Source: Dimorphilus gyrociliatus
Lineage: Eukaryota; Animalia; Annelida
Direction of reading: 5' to 3'
NCBI GenBank assembly: GCA_904063045.1
Contig: CAJFCJ010000011.1
Span: 496,001-560,000, forward strand
Length of the DNA: 64,000 nucleotides
Positions 1 to 13,704 of the stretch are shown here, one piece after another; within the stretch, counting starts at the first letter, position 1, and the number at the start of each line of letters is the position of its first letter. Position numbers and translations under genes: made by a program. Below the pieces are notes generated by a model. The model saw only the letters and a program-made list of their open reading frames with translations. It did not search any database and was not told the DNA's origin.

Positions 1-1220
1 TTACGTTTTAATAGTTAAGGTAGATAAAGCAAAACGTCGAATAGTCACATGATTGTTTATTATTCTCCTATTGGCTAGGTAGGTCGTAATATATGTTTAT
101 AGCTTGAATAGCGATAAAGCGGATAAGATTTATTAGAATCTTATTAAATATATTATGAGCTATTTAGAAATCAATAAGAATCAAGAGAAGACTTATAGGT
201 GGTTTTATATTAAGTATTACTAACTTAATGACCACATTGTAACAAAATATAGGTTCTAAGCTAATTGAATAATAACTTTTTATTAAATAACACTCCTTCT
301 ATCAAAAAGCTTTTATATATTTCTATAAAGTAAATACACTTTTCTACATTCTACTATTTTCTCATGAAAAAAATGTTGTCTGACAGTTTCACTCCATCAA
401 TAGTCAAACTGAAGCTATTCAATGTCAAAACTATATCTAAATTATTATTTAGTATATTTCTATATATTTTAATGTAATTAATAATTTATAAACAAATAAT
501 ACAGCTGACATTGATTACTGTTAAAGATTAATTGTTATAATAACTTAACTATTTATACTACTCTCATTCAATATTAACCATATCCTTTAAAAGAAAAATA
601 CAATATAGAATAATAGAATGTTTAGCTAAGCGTCATATATTATCTCTTCATTTTTAATATCCCCATTATGAGATTATATTAAATTTTCCCTCATCATCCT
701 CTTCGCGGACTCATATTATATTGAAATAGCGATTAAATGGAAAAGTTAATTTATACATATTTAATTTTATATTTCTATTACAATTATTTTTAATTATTTT
801 ATATAATCTAATTTACCTTTACTTCATTTATTACTATATTTAGAAAACATAAAAATGTATTAGACTCCTCCAGATTGCTCTATTTGAAATAAATTAAGTC
901 TAGAATGTTTGTAAAAAGTACAATCATTGTAAATTGCCATTTTAGATTATGTTTAAAAATATGAATTACTCTTTTAGAAGCTTTACTTGATGTCTTTTCA
1001 AGGAAAATAGGTCATGTAAACAGATATGTAAATAGAGTTAGTGCATCCAGTCTCTTAACCGACTTCTTGAAGTTAATAATATTCATTAGGTTCGTGTCGT
1101 TTCCCACATTTTACGCATCAGAACATGGTATTACATGTCACGGAGAGCATTTAATTAACCTCATTTATCTCCATCTTATGCGTCACCTGGTGCTCAGTTC
1201 TCATATTTTCTTAAAACGCA

Positions 1221-1940
1221 ATGGGAGGCTGTTCATCTATTTCCTGTATAGATAGTCTTCTATTTCAGAATAACAATTCACTGACACCTATGTCGCCAAA
1301 TAGACTGGCTAGAGCAAGAAGAAGAGCATCTCAAGCTCCTCCTTCGTTTTCATCTCTGCCTCTCAATGAGAGAGAGGTTATAAAGATGGCTCGGACGTGG
1401 AGAACAATTCAGAGGCAAATGACTAGAGCAGGAAAGCTCATGTTCATACGAATGTTTGAATCGAGTGATGCTGTTCGTTCAACTTTCGAGCAGTTTCGAT
1501 CTGTGGATCAAGTTTCTGATTTGTGGACTAGCAAATCATTAGAGAATCATGCCATGATTGTTATGAATGCCTTAGATGAGGCATTTAGTAATTTGGAGGA
1601 CGAAGAATATGTTGTCGATTTATTACTTATTAATGGTCTATCTCATAGAAGATTCGTTAGTATGACGGCAGCTGTATTTTGGGTAAGTAAAAAGATAATC
1701 CCATTCAACGTTCTTTCAAGTCTCTCTAATTAGAATTACTCTTTTCTCGTAAAAAAAAAGTCAGTTGAAGAACCTTTTCTATTAGCGATAAAAGAGATTC
1801 TCGAAGATAAGTATACCGCATCTACCGAAGCCTTATTTCGCAAGACAATAAAGTGGGTGCTTGAGATATTAATATTTGGTTTTGAAAGTTCAAATGCTGA
1901 AAGATTTGTCAATAAAAAGGATGAAATTAACTTCATGTAA
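1221..1940 (+). CDS. N-terminally acylated globin (globin X-like), 2 exons: 1221-1682, 1761-1940; 213 aa
   Basis: Globin fold motifs: A-helix WRTI, CD corner F, E7 His (LENHAMIVM), F8 His (GLSHRRF). GT donor at 1683 after FW; exon 2 reads SVEEPFLLAIKEILEDKYT, a typical G/H-helix sequence at the conserved G7.0 intron position. N-terminus MGGCSSISC. Confidence 0.92.
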
Positions 1941-2228
1941 GTTTTTACTACTCTGTATCACAAGTAAGTGAAAAATAATAATTAAATAGGGTTGTTGAAG
2001 GAGACGAAACTTGAGAGGAAGTCTGTCGATCCTGTACAAAGTTTTACTAGAACTAGAATTCTAAAATTCAGGCTGAAGATGCAGAAATTTTTTAAACTTG
2101 AGTTTATACTTAAAAAACAGAACTGCTTATTTTACAAAATTTTGCTTCATAAATAATGTTACATCCGTACAGTTTGTAAACTAAATGTGTATAAAAAGAC
2201 TACGTATCTTAAATATAAAATATGTTCT

Positions 2229-4365
2229 TTATAATTTCCTTAATCTTGCGGATTGTCGTCGTTTTCCTTTACTTTCGGCACCTTTTGGTTCAAGTTCTTT
2301 TTTATGTTGCTGCTCTTCTGAATCCTTTTCTTCATCATCTTCTTCATCAGGATCTTTCATATCCTCATCGTTACTAATTAAGTCGTTGTCTTCGCTCTTT
2401 ACATCGTCTTCTTCCTCTTCTTCTTCCTCTTCCGATGATGAGCTACCTCGCAATCCATGTAAAAATTCTTTCATATCTTCATTTACTTCTATCGGGAAAG
2501 AGTCATTGTTTACTTCGGAAATTATAACTTCAGATTGTGGAACGTTTACAATATTGACTTTTTCTACTGTTTCTTCCTCCATCTCTTCAACAAAGTCTTG
2601 GTCATTCGAGGGTTCTTCAAGCCCTTTAGTTACTGATGGATGGGTATCCGAGCCGAAGTCATTTCGTTTAATCATTACATTATCTTTAAAATACTTATCG
2701 ACGTTTTTGTCCATAAGTAATTCTTCCCATAGAATACTTGTTTTCGATTTCGTTACTTTCATGAGGTTCTTATATTTTTCGATTAATTTTATCAGCAGAT
2801 TAAAAGATAAACCCTCTCTATATCTTCCCAGCTGAGAGAGACTATGAACAACAGGTGCTGGGGAGTAAGCTTCAAGGAAATCCTCGTTAAAGATAAGATC
2901 TTGGAACTTATTAATTTCTGCTTTAGATGGATTTGGTTTCTTTAAGTCTAGTCCATGTCCTTTCATAAAATTATTCATAATATCTAGTTGTTCTTTCATT
3001 TCATTATTTTGCTCCAGTCTCTTAGCATGAAATTTAGTAAACCATTTCGGTTTTCTTTTCAGCAATTCCAATTCATATGACTCAATATCTTTTCCCGGCT
3101 CTTTGAATGGTAACTTTTCTAATTTTCTTAGCTGCTGCAAAGCTGCTAAGCTATAATATGGTTTTCCTGTCAAAGGATCAGTATATTTCGCCGGTTGACC
3201 CGTTATTACACATATTTTTGGTCTTGGTGGTGGACGAGAACGTAACCGCTTAACATCATTAGGATTATGATAAGTGACAAAATGGTCAATTTTGTTACTA
3301 AAAAAAGATACAAATTACAATACAAATTGTGGAGAATAGTGCATACTCACTTTCTATTGACAACAAGTGTAGATACAATAGGCTGATTTTGCTTTTTAAG
3401 CATTCTCTTTGCTCTGTGTATTTCAGCTTCATTTATTCGGTAAGCATCTAAACGAAGAAAGAATTCTAGACATAGTTAGCAAAAGACAACTGAGAGGCCT
3501 ACTTAAACTTTTCCTATTTAAATATTCGTTGAGCTTGGCCTCTTCCATTTTAGTATGTTGGAGTGCAATAAATTTTTCTGGATCTATGTCTTGCATTTCT
3601 TGCTTTTTCTTTTCGCGTTCTAACCTTTGAGCTTCTATCAATTTCATAGCAATACCTGGCATAATATAAATTTAGAAAACACATTGGTTTTTATAAAGAA
3701 ATGTTTAAATCTATTTATACTTGATGCTCCAGATAAGATTGTTCTTCCTCCACTTGCAACAGCTTCTTCAATTTGCTCCAAATCAAGCTGTTCATTTTCT
3801 GGAATTTTTGAGATCATTTTTATATTTTCTAGCTTTTTTATTTCTATAGGTATGGTATGGTATCTCTTAATTTCTTCCTGAGTCCATTCACTCATTGGTT
3901 TATTTAGAGAATTTTTGTATTCAAGTTGAGCTTTTTCTATCAAAACTTTAGTATCCTGTTGTAAAAATTGCATGTTAAGTTTGTATTAAAAATAAAATTA
4001 CCGTACCTTTATAATATCACGCTTTTTCTTCTTTTTATCACCCTTCTCAGGTTTATCGGCTTCCTCCTCCTCGCTTCTAATCTCATCAGTCTCATCTATA
4101 TCAAAATCGGAATCCACAGAATCATCAGAATCTTGATCAGCATCAGAGTCTGATGAATAGTTGATATCTTCTGTTTCCTGTTAGAATTAGACTATTGTTA
4201 TTACAACAATATAACTATTTGAAATTGAACAAGTACTTCAGCGAAACCGCCATAAGCGGTCTGATAAAATTCATCTTTATGTTTTTCTGGATCTTCATTT
4301 TCTAGTAATTTATTCAAACGATTACCGGCTGTAGATCGCTTAGCCCTATTTCTGGCTAAAGACAT
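2229..4365 (-). CDS. VPS72: Vacuolar protein sorting 72 / YL1 (H2A.Z chaperone, SRCAP/TIP60 subunit) with long C-terminal extension; multi-exon
   Basis: N-terminus MSLARNRAKRSTAGNRLNKLL..EFYQTAYGGFAE, acidic DSDFDIDE segment and YL1_C motif CVITGQPAKYTDPLTGKPY match remembered YL1 sequence; exons joined by short GT-AG introns. Confidence 0.9.
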
Positions 4366-4504
4366 ATTTAGTTTATTATCGCTCACTAAGTAAGGATGCC
4401 TAAAATTTTTCAAGCTCAGTCTGTTCTGAAAGCCGACAATTTTTTGCCATTCACCGGTTAGTTGTGGTAGTTAACCAATGATTACGCTCTAAGCGTCTGG
4501 TTAC

Positions 4505-4512
4505 AACCGGTT
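4505..4512. promoter_or_regulatory. Grainyhead/CP2-type palindrome AACCGGTT upstream of VPS72
   Basis: Exact AACCGGTT about 140 bp upstream of the VPS72 ATG; the ACCGGT core recurs near 4453 and twice at 6241-6261. Motif match only. Confidence 0.3.
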
Positions 4513-4519
4513 TGTTCAG

Positions 4520-4534
4520 CAGCGCCATCTGTGG
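4520..4534 (-). promoter_or_regulatory. CTCF-like motif (CCACAGATGGCGCTG on minus strand)
   Basis: Matches the AGRTGGCGC core of the invertebrate CTCF consensus; AGCGCCATC recurs at 27777 and 30861. Confidence 0.4.
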
Positions 4535-4754
4535 TGTTCTTAAAGCTCTGCGTTATATACTATCAAAAACATTTTTGCGCTTATTTTCTTCAAGCGAAAA
4601 ATGATCACAGCTTCACAATTTTATTATATAGATAGTCTCCCAAGGTCTTAAAACATGAAAAGAATAAGACTTCAAAATTTTTTATTGTATTGAAATTAGT
4701 AAATTTCCTATTTAAAGAATTAACAAAAACATTTTCCAAATAAGGATATATGTT

Positions 4755-4776
4755 TATATATATATATATATATATA
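4755..4776. repeat. (TA)11 microsatellite
   Basis: Direct reading of the sequence. Confidence 0.95.
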
Positions 4777-4838
4777 AGCGTTGTAACTTAGCAAGTAAAC
4801 AATTACTATACAAACAAATGAATTTGAGTTCATCTTAA

Positions 4839-6169
4839 CTACCAACTAGAGGCCTTGGTGAATCTTTTCTCCAAATATTCAGGACTATGCATATCCGATA
4901 ATATTTGAGACTCAATTTTATCTAGTGCACCCAAAGTAAGAACAAGCGTTTCATGTTTCAATATACTATGAACATTGAGTCCGTAAACGGGCATTACGCT
5001 ATATTGTTTATATTCACTAATAGCATCAGCGAAATATTGGTCCTCCAAAACGTCTTTTCTGAAAGTAAAATTTTATAAGTAATATAAAGCAAACAAGTTA
5101 CAACTTACTCATTTACAAAAAGAACAGATAATCCCCAGCCACGACTTTCTATTAGCTCTTCCAAATAACCTGGTTCATCAGTCGGCAGGCAGAGGTCGTT
5201 GACTATGTGCAAATTATCCTAAAGGCAAACAAGCATTTATATCATTGATGTTATGAGAAAAAATTATACAAACTTGAGCGAATTTACAAGATAAAGCTGT
5301 TCGTAATCCCAATACTCTCATTTTTTTGCCTAACATAAAAAAGTATCCTCTGGGACCCCTAGGTCCAAATGTTTTACCGCCTTTAAATAACAGTAATTAG
5401 CATGAGACATAATCTTGTCATTTAGTCAAAACTTACCTCCAATCCACAAAGGAGATCGAATACTGCCATGTCTGGCTCTACCAGTTCCTTTTTGAGGCCA
5501 AGGTTTACGGCCTCCTCCAGGTAATTCAGCACGATTACGTACAAATTCATAATTCTAGTGCACATTTATTCAATAATGTAATTAAAACATTCAAACAATA
5601 CTATTTTTATACTTACCACTTTCTTATATCTAGATTGCCAATGGGTATTCCACCAAAGGACATCGATTCTGTTGATAACTCTTCGTTATGAAAAAATTAT
5701 GAAAACTAAAGCGTGTAATAATACCGAGGAAAGGTGGCAAATATGTCGGGATGCAGGTCAACTATTCCCAACTTCTTATCATTAATGATTGATAAAGTTT
5801 CCAACCAAGCCTGTTTTGCTTGCTGATGTTTTGGGACTCTATATAACTCTCTTGAAGTCATTAAGGGTAAAGGTCTCGATAGAACCGATTCAGAATCTAT
5901 GAAAGGCACTTAAAGTTTATTTGAATTTATATTTCAATAAAAACTAAATATACCTAGAGATGATGCTGCTTTCACATCACTGCACATATTAGCAAAAAGG
6001 TTTGGTCGTATCTGAAGAGTGAAAATATTGCTCAAGGATGAAAGTTTACAAGGATTTGATTAAATATAAATTAAAAAATTAACAGTTTGTTATTAGGTTA
6101 TGAAAAAAAAAGTACCTTCATACTTCCAGTGAGAAATAAACGCCCGTTCAGAATAAGTCTACAATTCAT
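4839..6169 (-). CDS. MRPL4: Mitochondrial ribosomal protein L4 (uL4m); multi-exon
   Basis: [65 protein letters not shown] and [16 protein letters not shown] match uL4m. Exon 1 (6169-6116, [18 protein letters not shown]) looks like a mitochondrial presequence. Confidence 0.93.
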
Positions 6170-6251
6170 GATTTTTCTCCGGCACACTCCGTCAATGTGA
6201 TAACTTAGATCACAACCTTGACATTCAGGCACATGTCCCTACCGGTTTTTC

Positions 6252-6261
6252 AAACCGGTTT
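6252..6261. promoter_or_regulatory. Grainyhead-type palindrome AAACCGGTTT in the MRPL4/GOLGA4 divergent promoter
   Basis: 10-bp palindrome plus an adjacent ACCGGTT at 6241, within the 520-bp head-to-head gap. Confidence 0.3.
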
Positions 6262-6691
6262 TGACTTATTCTCTTCAGTGTTATATTCAATATATATCAT
6301 TCACAATGGTCTAATAAAGTTCATTACTTAACTTTAAACTCAAATAAAACATCACACTATGACTTCTACTTATATTTATATTTCAGAAAAGTTGAAAAAT
6401 GTCAAATAAGATTGCACAAATAAGAACTTTGCTTTAATTTAATTTACTAGGAGAAATCAAATAGAGTAATATCGTGTCATACTTAAAAACCTTGAATAGG
6501 CAGTTAATGCTACGATAACTGTTTATGGTCAAAACACGTGAAGTTTTAAAACTTGTTTAAAAAATAAAACTCTATAAACGAATGGTATTCTATGTTGTGA
6601 GGTGTCCAATATTCTCCATTTTTGTCAGATGTGGTAGGAAATTTGCAGATTGTTTCTGATTTATGACATCTCTTCTTGATAAAAAGGCATA

Positions 6692-9600
6692 ATGTTTAAA
6701 AAATTAAAGCAAAAAGTGCAGGAAGGAGTGAATACTGGTAGTCAGATTCTCCAACAAAGTAAAAATAACATTTTAAACAGGGTAAGAGCTTTATCGTCTG
6801 CTAATTCAACTTGTTTCGCTCAGTTCTAAAAGTATCAATAATTTTCTCTAGGATATTTCTGCCAGTCAGGAAAAGGTTTGTATTAAGTTTAAAATATTTT
6901 CTCATACATAATGGAAGATTATAGATCTCTGAAAGACAATATGATCAAGTTTCAAAAGAACAAAGTAGCACCCATGGCCCTTTAATCAACATAGGGGTAT
7001 GTTGCTGAATACTTTTAAAGTAATAATTGACAAATCTATAATTTTAGGATACATCTCAGCATTCTGTAGATTCTAACCCAGCAATACCCCAGCAAAATCA
7101 TCCTGATGGGGATCTTGTTGAATTGAATGTAAGAGCTAAGTGCTTTCCTTGGAATAAACTAATTATATATCCTACAGGAACCACCAGCAACTTTGGATTT
7201 GAGTGGACAGAATTATTTTGCAGATAGTGATGTGAGTTTTCTAACGACTGACGAAAAAAAGGCGCAAATACCTCGTTCAAGAACCGATTCAATTTCGTCG
7301 CAAGCTTCTGACCAATTTTTCGGTATTCCTATTTCTCCGTTCACCCATACACACATGCCTTTAGCCAGTGATGTTGAAAGCACCGCAAGTGAGGTTAGTG
7401 CTATTTTTAGCTTCAGATCAATTTAATTAATATTTGAACGTTTTTATTTGCCATATGTGAAATATTAAAATTATCTTTGTTGTTTAATTTAATATTATTT
7501 TTTTGTCTAAAATTTCAGATTGATGATTCTTCTGTGAAGAGTTTCGGAACGTTAAGTAAAGAACAAATATTGAATAATTATGCGAAAATTGTAAAGAGAT
7601 GCGAAAAATATAAAATAAGATTTAAACGAGTAAATTTCTGTTTTTGACTATTTAAAATTGAGGTGATTAATTGTAATTTTTTGCTATAGCTAGCTGAAGC
7701 TTATCGAGAAACAGAAAAGGAACGGGAAAAATTACAAAATGTACTCACTGCTTCACAAGATAAGGCAATCAGAAAAATATCAGAATTTAAAGAACAAGCA
7801 AAACTAGACGCTCTAGCCAAACGAGATATACAACAAAATTATGAACTACTGTTAGAAGAAAAAGATGAATATATCTTTGTTTTAAAAACTCAGATTGGAC
7901 TATTAAAGGAAGGACAATCAATTCCTGATGATTTGCAAGCTAAAACTGAGTCAGTTGAGAAGTCGACGGCAGTGAAAGAAGAAAAAGCTAAATCTCTTAT
8001 GAGTGGGTCAGAACAAGCAGCTGATGTATCCTTGAAAGAATATTCTGATAGAGTGAAAAAATTGGAGAATTTATTGGGAAAATGTAAAGAAACCATACAG
8101 CAAAAACGAGTGGAATGCGCTCGGTTAAATCAAGATAAAGAAGATATTGAAAATAAACTACGAACTCTTCAAGAAGAAAATGAACAATTAAGAGTTTGTG
8201 AAGTTGACACGAAGAAAAAAGTTCAAAAGCAGTTATTAGATGCTCGTCAGATAATGGAAGAATTGGAAAGTAGTAAGGCAATGGCAGTTGCTGAAGTAAA
8301 AGCCGAATTACACTCTCAACTACAGATCACTGATGAAGAATTATCGAAAACAAGGGAAACTTTTAAAATTGCACAAAAAGAAATTGAGAATTTACAGGAA
8401 GCGAACTCCAAATTAAAGCAGTCATTCACAGAACAGTTGGAAAAAGCAAAATCTATAATATCTCGACTAAAGAATGAAAAAGCTCAGTTGAAGGAGGATT
8501 TGCAGACAAGACTTGAGACATCTGAACACTCTTTAGACGAAGAAAAAGAAACTGTAGTACATGAACTGAAAAGAGCGAAAACACAAGCTTTGGAAGTGAT
8601 GCAAAGTGAACATGATGAACAAATAAAAATAATGAAAGATTGCCATAATAAGGAACTGAATGAATTAAGAGAAAAATTGACTGAAGAATTTAATGAAAGA
8701 GATATATTAAATCAAAAGCAGTTGGAGGAAGCAAAGCTTCAAATTGAAAAAGCCATTCAAAACAAACAGGATGAACTTAGTAAATTGTTAATTGAGAAGG
8801 ACGAAGAATGTAGAAGAATGTTACTTGAAAAAAATGATGAAATGAGGCTAGCACTTGAAGAGAGGGAATTGCGAAAAATGGCTGTTGTATCCAAACAAGA
8901 TGAAGAAAACGATGTTCTGAGTGCAAAAATAGCTCATTTAGAAACGACTAACTTACAGCTAGAACAAGATATGAATGATTTGAAAGAAAAGCATAAACTC
9001 GAAATTGAAAAATTTGTTTTCAAAATTGAAGAAAATGCTACACGAAAAGCGGAAGATTTATTAGAAGTAAACAGAAAGCATGAAGAGGAACTAGAAAATT
9101 CTAAGAGGTCGATCGAAGAGAGTTTTGAACTGAAATTTATGGAAATGGGACAGAGTAGAAAAGATGAAATAGACACTTTAGTGGCAAAATACGAAGAATT
9201 ACTCAGAAATAATTCATCTGAATTGGATAATGACTATGGAAAGCAGATGGAGATACTGAAAACTCAAAATAATCAAGCACTTGGCGAACTGCAATCATCT
9301 CTCAATCAATCTTCACGAAGAGTGAATGAATTAATCAGTGAAAACGAAGAACTAAAGGAGAAAATAAAAACAAATGAGCATGACTTAGAAGAGACAGTGG
9401 AAAAACATTCAAGTGTCTTATCCAGTTTGAACGAAAAACTTCGAAGTAGCTCGGAAGATTATGAAAAGTTAATGAAAGAATATAATAATTTACAATCTCA
9501 GCACAAAGAAAAATTAGATGAATTAAATTCCAATATACAAGAGCATGTTACGACTAATGAAAAGTTAAGAAACACTGTTTCAGAGTTGGAAAATAATTGC

Positions 9601-12600
9601 AAAGATTTGCTAACATCTTTAGAAGATAAATCTAAACAATTCGAAGCAAAATTAAATAATGCTAATGAACAATGGGAAAAGAAGTTGGAAAATGAACTAC
9701 AAATTCTGCAGAATGAGTGCAGAAGAAAAGTAGATGCTTTAGAAATACAACAGCGCGAAAGCGAAGAAAACGTAAATAATGAATTAAGTAATAAGCTTTC
9801 TGAAGCTAATGCAACTATTAGTGGCCTAGAAAAAGATGTTTTATCGGAGAAGGAGAATAGTGAGGTCTTAAGATGTGAGATCGAAAATTTCAAACAAGCT
9901 GAAAATTCCCACAAAGAAATCATCAATGATTTAAAGCTTCGACTTCAAGATTATGATGACAACTTAGAAAGTGAAAGAAAAAAACTGGCTGAAATGTTAG
10001 AAGAATTAGCAGCTATGTCCGATAATGAAAATTTACTGAAACAAAAACTAGAGTCTAATGAAGAGGAATATAAGCAAAAATTAAATGAAATTGAAATGCA
10101 AAGGTCTAAAGAAGTAGAAAATCTGAATAATTGTATATCTGAAAACCAGAAAGCCCTACATGATGTACTTGAAGAACTGAATGATAGTAAAAGTCGCCTA
10201 GAAAGCTTTGAAATTAAAATTAATGAATTAGCAACCGAAAATGAGAAATTAGTCGATCATGCCCAGGTTAAAGACAAAGAAATTGAAAAAAATAGTGCAG
10301 AAATCTCTGAAAAGGTTCGACTACTGGAATCAACTTTGGAAACTAGAGAGGAAGAAGTTTTAAGATATCAGAAAGAAAAGGAGGATCAAACTAAGACTCT
10401 TGAATCTGCCAATGATCGCTTAAAAACTCTTGAAGAAAGTTTGACTAGTTGGAAGACGGCTGCTGAACAAAAGGAAGGAGAACAAGGTTCTCTCTTAGAA
10501 AGGCTATCAGAGCTCGAGCAATATCAAGCAGATTCTAAAGAAGATTTTGAAATAAAACTGGCAGAGATCCAGTCCGAAAAAGAAGCAAAGGAAGTTCTCC
10601 TTAAAGACTTGTATGTGCAATTAAACGACTCAAATAAAGAAATGTTGGAAAAGAACACTAAGATTGACCAACTTGAAAGTAAAGTTAGAGATTTTGGTTC
10701 ACATTTGGAACTGCAAGCATCTCAGCAAAAAGAGAGAATAGTTGAAGTAGAAAAGGTTATAACAGAGCGCAATGAAACAGTGAAATGTTTAGAAAATGAG
10801 TTAAAAAAAAAGCAAGAGGAAATCACCAATTTGCTATCAATGATTCAGACTTATGAAGAAAATATCAAAGAAGTTGAAAGCCTTAAAAATGATACAGAAA
10901 AAGAAAGAGAAGATATTATTAAAGAATATCAAAATCATATTGAAAATTTACAAGTAAAATTACAACAAGAGGAACATAATATGATTCAGTTTAAGGATAG
11001 TGTTAAAAAACAGTTTGAACAAAATCAAACACGTGTAAAAGAAACCATTGCAAAGATGAAGAAAAAGTCTGACGAAGAAATAGCTGATAGGGACGAAATT
11101 CATCAAAGGAAAATTGAGCGTTTCAACAAAGAAAAACAAAAAGAGATTGACGAAGCAGTTCGAACAGTAAAGAAATCCGTTGAAGATGAATTAAATTTTC
11201 TAAAAGCAGATTTAGAATCATCTAGAATTAAGAGTAGTGAATTGTCTGCCCAATGGCAATCTGAGAAACAGGCCCTTTTAAGTTGCTCAGATAGTGTTCG
11301 AGGCGAAATTGCTATACTGACGGAAGAGAAGAAGCAATTAGAAAAGGAAATCGATGATTTAAATAAAACGATAAAGGATTTTGACTCATCAGAGTCAAAT
11401 TACAAAACGACAATTGATGATCTTAACAACCAAATCGAAGTGCTTAAAAATGATTTTACGGACAAACTGGATAAAGTTAAAGAGAAGCAATCGAAAGACT
11501 TGGAGGAATTGACAAAGTCCCATTCTTTAGAACTGGAGGAAATACGAAAAGAACAAGATAAAGCCGTAGAGTCATCATCCAATGCTGAAGTAAAATTTCA
11601 AAAGCAATTCCAAGAGTTGAAGGAAAAAGCCAAATCGAAGTTATTAGATATGAAAAGAAGCCAAGAGGCTAAAGAAGCTGACTACAATATAAAATTATCG
11701 GAACTTGAATCGAAATTACAAGAACAAAAAACGAACTCAGCTGATCTTGAAAATAAACTAGAAAAAACGAGCCATGAGTTTAAGGAAGTTACTGTTAAGT
11801 ATGAAGAAACTGAAACACGGTTGAGAGAAATGACAGAAAATGATTCTACTTTGCAAAATCGATTGTCGGAATTGAAAGATAAGCTGCAAATTGTAACAGA
11901 GAAATTAGAAATTGTTACTGAAAATGAAAAGCAATTCAAAATGAGAGAAAACGAATTAGAATTGGCCTTGCAAGATAAAAAGAGAGAAATTGAACTTATT
12001 TCTGAAACTTTAAACACTAGGCAATCTGAAGAAAACGAATATGAAAAATTAAGAGGCGAAATTGAACAAAAAAATGTTAGTTTACAAGATCTACAAATTG
12101 AGATAGAAAATCTAAAAAAATCATTGTTAGAAGCAAATACTCACAACAATGAACTGGTTAATGCCGAAAAAGCCAAATTATCATCTATCAAAGATTCGAC
12201 TCAGGAAAAAATTAAGAAACTTCAAAAGAATTTGTCAGAAAAGGACGATCGTTTAGAAGAATTTAAGGAAACCTTATCGCAAATGAGGCTTCAATTTGAC
12301 AGAGAAAGAGAATTGAATGAAAAATTAAAAGCAAATTATGAAAATGAAAAACAAGAGTATCTCAATAAACTAGAAATTTTTAACAATGAAGCTGAAAAAG
12401 TATTGTCAGAAAAAGAACAAATGTGCGTGGAGCTAAAACAAGTAACTGATCGTGCGGAAGCTCTAGATGAAAAAGTCAAAGAATACGAAGAACATATAAA
12501 GGAGACCAATGAAAAATTATTGTCAATGGAGTCCGAATTATCAGAGCATAAAACAGCAGGATCAGAAGCAGCAGAAGCGTCTCAACATACTGTCGTAAAA

Positions 12601-13704
12601 CTAAAGTCATTAGTTAAACAGTTAAAATCTGAGAATGAAAGAACAGAGAAACAAGTAGAAATTTTGAAGAAAGAACATGAATCAGCCATCCAAAAACTCA
12701 TGCGAGAAAATGAAGAACAAGTAGAAGATATGAAGAACGAGTGTAGCAGCCAATTAAAAATGATTTTGAAAGAATACAATTCACAATTGGATCAAAAGGA
12801 GAACGAATTCCAAGAAAATTATGGAAAAACTATAGAAAACTCACAGTTAGAGCAAGAAAAATTGCAGAGAGAGCATTTACAAGAAGTCGATGATTTACAC
12901 AAGGAGCTTAATGAAAAAGATAAAAGAATGGAAGAAATGTTTAATGAACATGAGCTGCAATTACAAATGAGAGATGATGAATTTGAAGAAAAGATGCAAG
13001 GAACCGAAAAACGTATTTCAGATTTAGAAAATGCTATCGGAGTTAAAGAACAGGAAATAAATTTGTTAAAACTATCTAATATGAAGGTACCAAACTAAAT
13101 GATATATTTGTAATCATAAATTTAGATGTTTACCTTCTAGGCTCTATCAGAGAAAGATCAAGAAGTTACAGACATAAGAAATCAACTAGAAATTATTAAA
13201 ATGCGCCTAGAAGGATCGGAAACAGAAAGTTCTCTATTAGAAAATCCAGAGGGAACCCCAGAACACAACTTAGAAGTCGAAAATATGAATTTACACGCAA
13301 AAGTTAGACATTATCAAGGTGAACTTGCTCAATTAAAACTAAAAGAAAAAGGCATAATTCAACAAGTAAGAGAACAAACATGTAAAAATTTCCCCACTAA
13401 TATTCCTTTTAATAGGGTAGCGATTTGCCCTCTGCTCTAAATCATCAAGCTTATTTTTCGAATGAGCCAGTCCTTACTGAACAAACAAAGATGGAATATA
13501 TGCGCAATGTTTTGTATGAATATATGATGGGATCTCACACCAAAGTAATAGGAATTTATGAAAACTATAAATGTTAATTTCTTATTCAAATATGTATTTT
13601 CACAGACCCTATCAAAAGTTCTTTGTGAGTTATTGCATTTCTCCAAAGAGCAAACAAGAAAAGTTGTAGAGAAAGAAGAGTCTCGATCAATAGTAAGTCA
13701 TTAA
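6692..13704 (+). CDS. GOLGA4: Golgin-245 / GOLGA4, GRIP-domain coiled-coil golgin; includes one exon of about 5.4 kb (about 7691-13087)
   Basis: Starts MFKKLKQKV. SQDKAIRKISEFKEQ..LEEKDEYIFVLKTQIGLLK matches the GOLGA4 N-terminus, followed by about 1700 aa of coiled coil and a C-terminal GRIP domain (MEYMRNVLYEYMMG..TLSKVLCELLHFSKEQ). The last codons are ambiguous (stop at 13704, or a tiny terminal exon near 13790). Confidence 0.92.

Noticed and set aside
2185-2835. Ser-rich plus-strand 216-aa ORF, and similar antisense ORFs over GOLGA4, CALR, ANKS6, TEP1 and ZSWIM8
   Set aside because: These are shadows of Glu/Asp/Lys-rich sense codons, with no independent splice or homology support.
7933-13098. 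1721-aa ORF as a stand-alone myosin, SMC or viral/phage protein
   Set aside because: It is one giant internal exon of GOLGA4; flanking exons supply the MFKKLKQK start and the GRIP domain.
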